A stretch of 64,000 bases of DNA from Mayamaea pseudoterrestris. Its lineage: Eukaryota. Location of the stretch: positions 1,612,001-1,676,000 of the forward strand of contig BROI01000002.1 in NCBI GenBank assembly GCA_027923505.1, given 5' to 3'. Positions 57,527 through 64,000 of this stretch are shown here, in pieces (within the stretch, counting starts at the first letter, position 1; each line of letters starts with the position of its first letter). The notes under the pieces were generated by a model that was given only the letters and a program-made list of their open reading frames with translations, searched no databases and was not told the DNA's origin. The translations under genes and the position numbers were made by a program.

Positions 57527-60376
57527 ATGACGGATCAGAGTCATTGCAACGACAGTGACTCAGATGACGACGACGATAGTGTCATCGCCTTTAGCAAGCT
57601 AAACATGATTGGCGTCGATTTCGACGCAGCTGCTGCTGCTGCCACCGATTTAAATGAACAAACGGTGCAGGCCATTGACAAGGGAATCTGTTTGGGCGAC
57701 TATTCCGTCTTGCGTGACGAATGCATTCCGTCAAGCCTGCGAGTCTTGGGTAAAATGCTGGCGCGTGGTGACTACGCCGAGGCGTTGCGCGGAGCGTCGG
57801 CGCGAGCGTTGCTGCCGTCGAACACCTCTATACAAGCTGACGCCACTGTAACAAGCGTAATGCGGGAGCGAGTGACGCAACAAATGTGTACATCCATCAT
57901 TCACTACCTAGAGCTGCAACTGCTGGGGATTGCCGCACTGAATCTGTTTCTGCAGGCCAACTACACGGGGCCGTCACTGTCGGAGGAGCGTCATTTGGCT
58001 GCGCTGGCCGACGTGAATCCTCACGCTTGCTTTTTCGAGCGACTCGAGGCGAAAAGTACAAGTAGTAGTGGCGAAGAAGCAAAGACTCGAGACGACGTTA
58101 AAATGACGGCGCCCAAGCGCAACGTCAATTACCAAAACGCTGTGCTATCGGAACTCGTCGTGGAGGGAGAGTGGCCCTGCCAAGTTTGCGTCCATCCGTA
58201 CTTTTTGCTGCTGGCCCGGTCCATACTGCTGCCACTGGCGGATCCACAGAAACGCTTCGACTGGACGCGATCGTGTAATATAGACGAGGAGGTGACAGCA
58301 AGGAGCTTTAATAGTGCATTTCCAGCCTATGCGTCTACTCTTCAATCGGCCAAGCTGTGGAGCGCCCGGGCGGCCATTGCCCACGAGCGACTCTTACAGT
58401 CGCGCGCACCGTGCATGACGCTGCATCGTGAAGTCGAGTGGTGCTATCAAAGCGTTGCAGCGTCATGTAACGATACTATGTATGGCATGCCCAACACACT
58501 ACTGGCAACCATTTGGCTGGAGCACGGACTGGCCGAGCATCACTTTGAGCGACCAGCCAAGGGCAAAACCAGCTTTGTCAAGGCCATGAAGCATTCGGGA
58601 CTGCAAGTCAGTGTCACGGGCGCACTCGGTAAGCGGACCAAGTACCAGCAGGATGCCAAGGCGCAGTACTTGGTGAATGCAATTTCTACAGTGTCAACGA
58701 GTGACCCGCTGGTGGAAGCAAAGCAAGGTGATGATGATGATGATGCTAGCACATTGGTCAAGAAGCAAATGATCGAGCACTCGGAGGAAGAAATATTGCT
58801 CGAGCGCGTCAAGTTTGAAAACGACAAGGAGAATGAGATTGCGGAACTTAACGTGTTGGATCAAACCATTCTACTCGCACTATGTCTCGACGTCAAAAAC
58901 AACAATCCCAACGATGGCCTCACGGCGGAGGAAATGGGCGCCTACCTCATGCGCGTGCTGGACCATCACAACAACTGGATGGTGTACTCCACTGGACTGC
59001 TGGAACGATCGTGGCTCGAGTTTGAGCGGTCGCACGCCCGCGAGCGAGCGATACTGCAAATGCAGGCGCTGGCCGACCAGCACACGCAGCGATTGACCAT
59101 GACGCAGTCGACGAGAGAAAGTATTGACGAGTCTGCGCCGGTGCAGGATCGGTTGAAAATGATACATTGTCTGGTATATCCGCCGCGATGGGTCATGATA
59201 CAGGATTTGGCGGATCGATACGCATCGTTGGGCATTGTCACGAGCGCGGCCGAGCTATTTTTGGATATTGAAATGTGGGATGATGTCGTGGACTGCTACC
59301 GCCGCGCCGGCAAGACAAATCTTGCTGAACAGGTGGTACGCGAGCGACTTGACATTCACGAAACGCCGCGCATGTGGTCAGCTCTTGGTGACCTCTTGAA
59401 TGACCCGTCGTATTACCAAAAGGCGATTGAAGTATCAAATGGGCGGTTTTATCAAGCATATGTGTCGCTCGGCGCATACTGCTACGCGAATCAAGATTTT
59501 GCGGAGGCTATTGTTAATTATGAAGCAGCTTTGAAACTGCGACCTTTGCAACCAGCTGTATGGTTTCGTCTGGGCACTCTCGGTATGCAGCTCGAGCGCT
59601 GGGACTTGGCGCTCAAGGCGTTTTCCGAAGTTGTTCAGCAGGAACCGGAGGAAGGTGAAGCGTGGGCTAACGTTGCCGCTATACATTTACGTAATAAGCA
59701 ACCAGCAGAAGCGTATCCTGCTTTGAATGAGGCTCTCAAGTATAATCGAAAGAATTGGCGTATCTGGGTCAGTAAATTGTACACATGCCTTGATTTGGAA
59801 AAGTGTGACGAAGCAGTCCAATCTTGCAATATATTGCTTGACCTGCAGGCAACAAATCGAGCTACGGATGGCGTTCCTTTCGTCGAAGCAAAGTGCGTTC
59901 GCGCGATCGTTGGCGGTGCGTTGTCGCAGTTTGAAGCGACCAAGGATGACCCGGTGGCTGTTGAGTCGTCGCATCGAACACTTTCTCGAGTATACGAACT
60001 ATTATGTCGGATTAGCACATCGTCAGACGCCAATGATGCCTGGATCTTTGAGACTCTTGCATTCTTCCATGAGCAGATAGGTCAAGACGACAAAGTTCTC
60101 GACTACCTCATGAAAGAATATCGATCGTTGTCCGGCATTGCAGGCTGGGAAAAGAACGACTACAATTTGCGAAAGGTTTGCGGCGTTGTCTCTCACATTT
60201 CTCACATCTACTGTACCAAGACAGATCGAGAATCTTTTATCAAGGCCAAGTTTATATTACGTGGTGTGTTAAAAACAATTCAATTAGCGCGACCTGACGA
60301 CCTGGGCATTGCCGATGAAGTTGAAAGTCTGAAAAAGGCACAGACAGACGTTGAAGAAAGATTATCAAAAATATAA
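57527..60376 (+). CDS. TTC27: Tetratricopeptide repeat protein 27 (TTC27/Emw1-like)
   Basis: FLQANYTGP, VTGALGKRTKYQQ, NWMVYSTGLLERSWLE...RERAILQMQAL, YPPRW and C-terminal TPRs (WFRLG, EAWANVA, NWRIW). Confidence 0.85.
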   Translation: MTDQSHCNDSDSDDDDDSVIAFSKLNMIGVDFDAAAAAATDLNEQTVQAIDKGICLGDYSVLRDECIPSSLRVLGKMLARGDYAEALRGASARALLPSNTSIQADATVTSVMRERVTQQMCTSIIHYLELQLLGIAALNLFLQANYTGPSLSEERHLAALADVNPHACFFERLEAKSTSSSGEEAKTRDDVKMTAPKRNVNYQNAVLSELVVEGEWPCQVCVHPYFLLLARSILLPLADPQKRFDWTRSCNIDEEVTARSFNSAFPAYASTLQSAKLWSARAAIAHERLLQSRAPCMTLHREVEWCYQSVAASCNDTMYGMPNTLLATIWLEHGLAEHHFERPAKGKTSFVKAMKHSGLQVSVTGALGKRTKYQQDAKAQYLVNAISTVSTSDPLVEAKQGDDDDDASTLVKKQMIEHSEEEILLERVKFENDKENEIAELNVLDQTILLALCLDVKNNNPNDGLTAEEMGAYLMRVLDHHNNWMVYSTGLLERSWLEFERSHARERAILQMQALADQHTQRLTMTQSTRESIDESAPVQDRLKMIHCLVYPPRWVMIQDLADRYASLGIVTSAAELFLDIEMWDDVVDCYRRAGKTNLAEQVVRERLDIHETPRMWSALGDLLNDPSYYQKAIEVSNGRFYQAYVSLGAYCYANQDFAEAIVNYEAALKLRPLQPAVWFRLGTLGMQLERWDLALKAFSEVVQQEPEEGEAWANVAAIHLRNKQPAEAYPALNEALKYNRKNWRIWVSKLYTCLDLEKCDEAVQSCNILLDLQATNRATDGVPFVEAKCVRAIVGGALSQFEATKDDPVAVESSHRTLSRVYELLCRISTSSDANDAWIFETLAFFHEQIGQDDKVLDYLMKEYRSLSGIAGWEKNDYNLRKVCGVVSHISHIYCTKTDRESFIKAKFILRGVLKTIQLARPDDLGIADEVESLKKAQTDVEERLSKI

Positions 60377-60456
60377 TAAAGAATGCTTAGGTCTACCTTT
60401 GCCGCATTTTGCGATTCAATAATTCCTGGTTTAAACTTCTTTGATTTCATTTTGAT

Positions 60457-62103
60457 TCATGGCATGCAGTCGCGCTTGTGCTGCTTCCAATGCGACTTCT
60501 GGCAATCGCGGCTGCAGTACGCAATGGCTTTGCATTTGGCGCACCGGTTGAACTCCTTCACAGTCACTTCCCAGTTGTCACAAGCCAGATTTCCGCATGG
60601 CGCACAAGGAATTGCCGTATGTTTGCGGACAATTTGGTCACGCTCCTCACCAGACAAGCCCATGTCGTCGCAGTACGCATCGAGGGCTTCGTTCCATTCT
60701 TTGGCTCGCTGCTCAAGCTCCAGCTTGTCAGCATTCCAAAAAATCCCATTCCAAAGGAACAAATCTTCCTGCCGTTCTACGATCCCGGCATATACCTTTG
60801 TGTCCCATGATCCAATTGGACATTTAGGATGAAACTGACGCGCAAGGTCCGCCAAGGTGGATGGCTGCATGCGGCGTAAGGTTTCAACGATGCCGGCCTT
60901 GTGTTCGACGAAAGATTCCTCGCTCCGACGCATGTACTGATCAGCCATGACTCCACACACTGCGAGACGTCCAGCCTCAGTTTCCAAAGATAATGTATAC
61001 GGTACACACATAGCACCAGTAACATCGTCCAAGTACGTAGGGCTGTGTGCAAGCCATCCGCAGCAATCAAATTGAGTTATGTTCGAAAGCGTACAAGGAC
61101 ACGGCGCCAGTGGCGAATATCGGTATAGAATCTCCCCAGCATTGTCATGAAAATGCTTGTGCTGACCCGCCACGGAAGGCGCCGCGTGACATTCCTTCCA
61201 AGGAAGACGAGATCCACAGCGGCACCAAGCGTTCTCCATCGGCGATTCCTCCATGGAACGAATCGCTTCGAGCAAAAGTTCGTCTCCGATTTCTACCGCC
61301 ATTTCCTTGACTGATTTACCTCGCAAACCAAATGCATCGTACTGCGCGAGAAAACTGGACATGCTTGTCACTAGAATGGACATTTTCATCGACAGCGACA
61401 CCGGAGAAAACTCAAGTCTCTTGTTGAAGTCGGCACCAAGCATGACCAGAATGACTGCGCACTGTAATAACTCTTCTGTAGTCTTCGGACTACTTTGGAC
61501 GACGTGAGCAAGTTCTGACGCTTCCATAATCTTGTGCATGGACAGGCGAGCAACGCCGAGTACCAACGCCGTGCTACCATTCGGAGCTGGAAAGTGCGGC
61601 TCATGAGTGTGAGGCGAATCTGACTTGACCGGTATGTCAACTGCAGCTCCCAATGCGACCATGCTTTCTACTAGACGAACGTCTCCAATGCAAGCTGCAC
61701 TCTGCAGCAATGTTAGGTTAGTAAACTGCGCTTGAGGAGCGCAGCTCTTGACAAAGCTGACATTCGTCATATGCTTTCGGATGTTGGGAAGTAAATCTTG
61801 CGCAAAGCTGGGAGAGTCAACTGTGCTTTCAATTGCAAGCTCCTTATTGGCCATGGCCTTCAATTCAGTCAGCTTCTTCTTCTTTTTATTGTTCGTCTTT
61901 TCTTTATTCTTCGAGCAAGACTTTAGCCCGCGCTCGGCAGAATTCTTGCAAATCTTCCACTGTCGCATAATCGCAGCAGTCTCGGCAACCTTGAGCTGTT
62001 TCTTGCTGGAGCCATTCTCGGCATCTTCAATGGCGTTTCGTAGCTCAATGGCCCATCCGTGCTCGGGAGCTTTGGCTCGCTTACTGAAGAAAGAAGAATT
62101 CAT
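60457..62103 (-). CDS. Protein with ankyrin-like repeat, SEC-C-like motifs and C-terminal MYND finger
   Basis: TLLQSAACIGDVRLVESMVALGAAVD; WCRCGSRLPWKECH; PCPCTLSNITQFDCCG; CGNLAC...CAKCKAIAYCSRDCQKSHWKQHKRDC. Start uncertain: first ATG is 62103 and the frame is open to 62193. Confidence 0.8.
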   Translation of the reverse strand: MNSSFFSKRAKAPEHGWAIELRNAIEDAENGSSKKQLKVAETAAIMRQWKICKNSAERGLKSCSKNKEKTNNKKKKKLTELKAMANKELAIESTVDSPSFAQDLLPNIRKHMTNVSFVKSCAPQAQFTNLTLLQSAACIGDVRLVESMVALGAAVDIPVKSDSPHTHEPHFPAPNGSTALVLGVARLSMHKIMEASELAHVVQSSPKTTEELLQCAVILVMLGADFNKRLEFSPVSLSMKMSILVTSMSSFLAQYDAFGLRGKSVKEMAVEIGDELLLEAIRSMEESPMENAWCRCGSRLPWKECHAAPSVAGQHKHFHDNAGEILYRYSPLAPCPCTLSNITQFDCCGWLAHSPTYLDDVTGAMCVPYTLSLETEAGRLAVCGVMADQYMRRSEESFVEHKAGIVETLRRMQPSTLADLARQFHPKCPIGSWDTKVYAGIVERQEDLFLWNGIFWNADKLELEQRAKEWNEALDAYCDDMGLSGEERDQIVRKHTAIPCAPCGNLACDNWEVTVKEFNRCAKCKAIAYCSRDCQKSHWKQHKRDCMP

Positions 62104-62545
62104 GGGCGAATCGTTCTTGTTGCCGGAAGAAAACGTTCTTCTTCTTGTTTCGCTTATTCGCTTGATATAGAGGCAGCGAAAGAGTGAGCTCAATCACAAT
62201 CCTCGCTTCACAACTTTCAATCTCTCGTTGGAGCACAAGGATTGATGTCACAGACAATTAAACAATGTATTGCGCTCAAGGTATGCTTTAACGAAAGGGT
62301 CATGGTCATATTCTTTGCGCGACTCTTTTGTTCTTGTTCTTCACCTGCGAGTACCGCTACGATGTGCTAGTACCGGTACGATACGTTTCTGCGAGTTTTC
62401 ATTTCTGCCGCAGCCATGAAGGTCAAAGATCACTCTTCGACCGCATCTTGCATGCTTGACCTTGCTGTGAGCGACGGCGACGGTACAAGACTACCTTGCG
62501 ATACAACGAAAGTAGTTACGTCTTATTATATTTACAAAGCATCAA

Positions 62546-64000
62546 ATGAGCACTGAACCGCATATTTCTTCCGTCGTGTGGGGCGATGACGACTCTCGCG
62601 ACGATTTCATGGCGCAATTCCTCCACAAGAAAACCCTCGCTATTGCGGCAAACTACAAGCTTTCGCTGACCATTAGCTCCCACTTTGTCACGACGCTCTT
62701 TCGTGACTCTCGTCCAATGCAAAATTCAGTGGAAACTGTTTTACACGAAGCTGAAGTTGCGCCCATTCAACGCGTCATTGTTGACGGAACTTGGACGTAC
62801 GATGAAGACGTTACGTTGGATAACTACACCAAGATCGTCACCGCTGCTGGTAAAAATACAAATTTGGAGGAGCTTTACTTCAAATACAATCTTGGCAATG
62901 CCGAAAAGGTTCACGCAGCGTTGCAGTGCATGCCAAACATTTCGATTCTGACGATTCACTACTTTGTTTCCACCGATCAATTAGAAGTATTGATTGATGA
63001 ACACTCGCGAATCATTGCGTCGGGACTCTCTGGACATGAAAAACTGGAAAATGTCACGTTTTGCATGACTACGGACTTGTCCTTTTATCTGTTGATTCCG
63101 CATTTGCTGCCCGTGCTTCCGACCATGCCACGGCTGACAAAGCTTACCTTGGCAAACACGCAACAACCCGTTCCAGTCATTTCGTTGCAAGCCTGCAAGG
63201 CGATTGCGTCATTGTTGCAGCTGGATGCGCCCAACTTGGTGGTGGAGCTGGAAAGCTTTCATTTTGCAACGAACAGTGGGCGCTGCCGCATCTTGTGCAA
63301 TGCCATTGCGTCGGCCGGTGTCAAGGGCATTAGTCTTCGCTACTGCAAAATCCATAACCTTGACATGCTGGTGAATGCTCTGCAGTTGTCCAAAATCAAG
63401 ACTTTGAGCTTGTTTGCCTGGCAAGTTCGCGACTTTTTGTGCCCGTTTCTAGCCATGCTGGCTCAGTCGCTCCCAAACATGTCGCTGGAGCGGCTTGAGT
63501 TGGATCATCATCGACATGTTTTGAAATTTGACGATGTACTGCGCAACGTTGCTGCCATTGTCCGGGCGGCACCGTCTTGTATCACCCTCAAGAGTTTGCA
63601 AATCCCCTATTCGGGGCAGCGGGGTGCTGCATCGGCGAAACTAGCCCGAGCGCTCGTCGCATGCGTTCGAAGCGAGTCGCAGTTGGAAGAAATTGTCATG
63701 CATTGTCCAGCCGATAAGACATCAAGCGAAGGAAACGACGTCTTTGCTGGATTGGCGGAAGCAATGAAGAACAATTATTATATCAAGCGATTCACGTTTC
63801 AGTACGATTATGCAGTACCCAGTGAAACCATTTTCCCTTGCAATTTGCAGACCCAGTCCCTCATTGACGCTATCACTCGCATGAACAGCTCCGGCCGCAT
63901 TTACGTCAAGCTGGATCCAGCTAATAAGCGAGCTGGTGTCGACGTGCTTGACTCCGTATCCAACAGTTTGGATGGTCTATTCATTCACTTGCTGGAGAAC
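62546..64000 (+). CDS. RNI-like/leucine-rich-repeat protein, 3'-truncated by the window edge (absent from the ORF track)
   Basis: I read an open frame from ATG 62546 to the edge with no stop. LxxLxL units (LEELYF, LENVTF, LTKLTL, LERLEL, LKSLQI, LEEIVM). Ends RMNSSGRIY...GVDVLDSVSNSLDGLFIHLLEN. Confidence 0.75.
   Translation, partial: MSTEPHISSVVWGDDDSRDDFMAQFLHKKTLAIAANYKLSLTISSHFVTTLFRDSRPMQNSVETVLHEAEVAPIQRVIVDGTWTYDEDVTLDNYTKIVTAAGKNTNLEELYFKYNLGNAEKVHAALQCMPNISILTIHYFVSTDQLEVLIDEHSRIIASGLSGHEKLENVTFCMTTDLSFYLLIPHLLPVLPTMPRLTKLTLANTQQPVPVISLQACKAIASLLQLDAPNLVVELESFHFATNSGRCRILCNAIASAGVKGISLRYCKIHNLDMLVNALQLSKIKTLSLFAWQVRDFLCPFLAMLAQSLPNMSLERLELDHHRHVLKFDDVLRNVAAIVRAAPSCITLKSLQIPYSGQRGAASAKLARALVACVRSESQLEEIVMHCPADKTSSEGNDVFAGLAEAMKNNYYIKRFTFQYDYAVPSETIFPCNLQTQSLIDAITRMNSSGRIYVKLDPANKRAGVDVLDSVSNSLDGLFIHLLEN

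Overview
Gene-dense eukaryotic nuclear DNA with short GT-AG introns (64-174 nt). Bipartite plastid-targeting presequences, a GapC1-type GAPDH and a CoDi-like Ty1/copia element point to a diatom, probably pennate (inference; the species cannot be named from the sequence). I can support about 27 protein-coding genes. Recognisable housekeeping genes are PCNA, MOB1, a ~4,730-aa VPS13, a PRL phosphatase, proteasome alpha-2 and TTC27. Plastid-targeted genes are GapC1, cpFtsY, two lumenal FKBPs, a J-protein, a CPBP protease and a fibrillin-like protein. There is also a LigB/ABM/DUF1275 trio, a 2OG-Fe(II) oxygenase and several lineage-specific unknowns. One intact, very young LTR retrotransposon spans 38459-44576. 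The most unusual items are: (1) a probably N-myristoylated protein built from 11 tandem 'HPELPV-T-DP-A-GRNYF-RASA' repeats in an alternating 54/53-aa pattern; (2) the copia element, with a half-tRNA-Met-type primer site, a 4-bp TSD and a chromo-like domain; (3) a type-I membrane protein with RXL sites and a silicanin-like layout; (4) an ankyrin-repeat protein with a signal peptide and KDEL; (5) a four-CX9C protein; (6) PDZ and DysF modules inside VPS13. I recognised no rRNA, tRNA or CRISPR array. All family assignments come from motif recognition by eye, not database searches.
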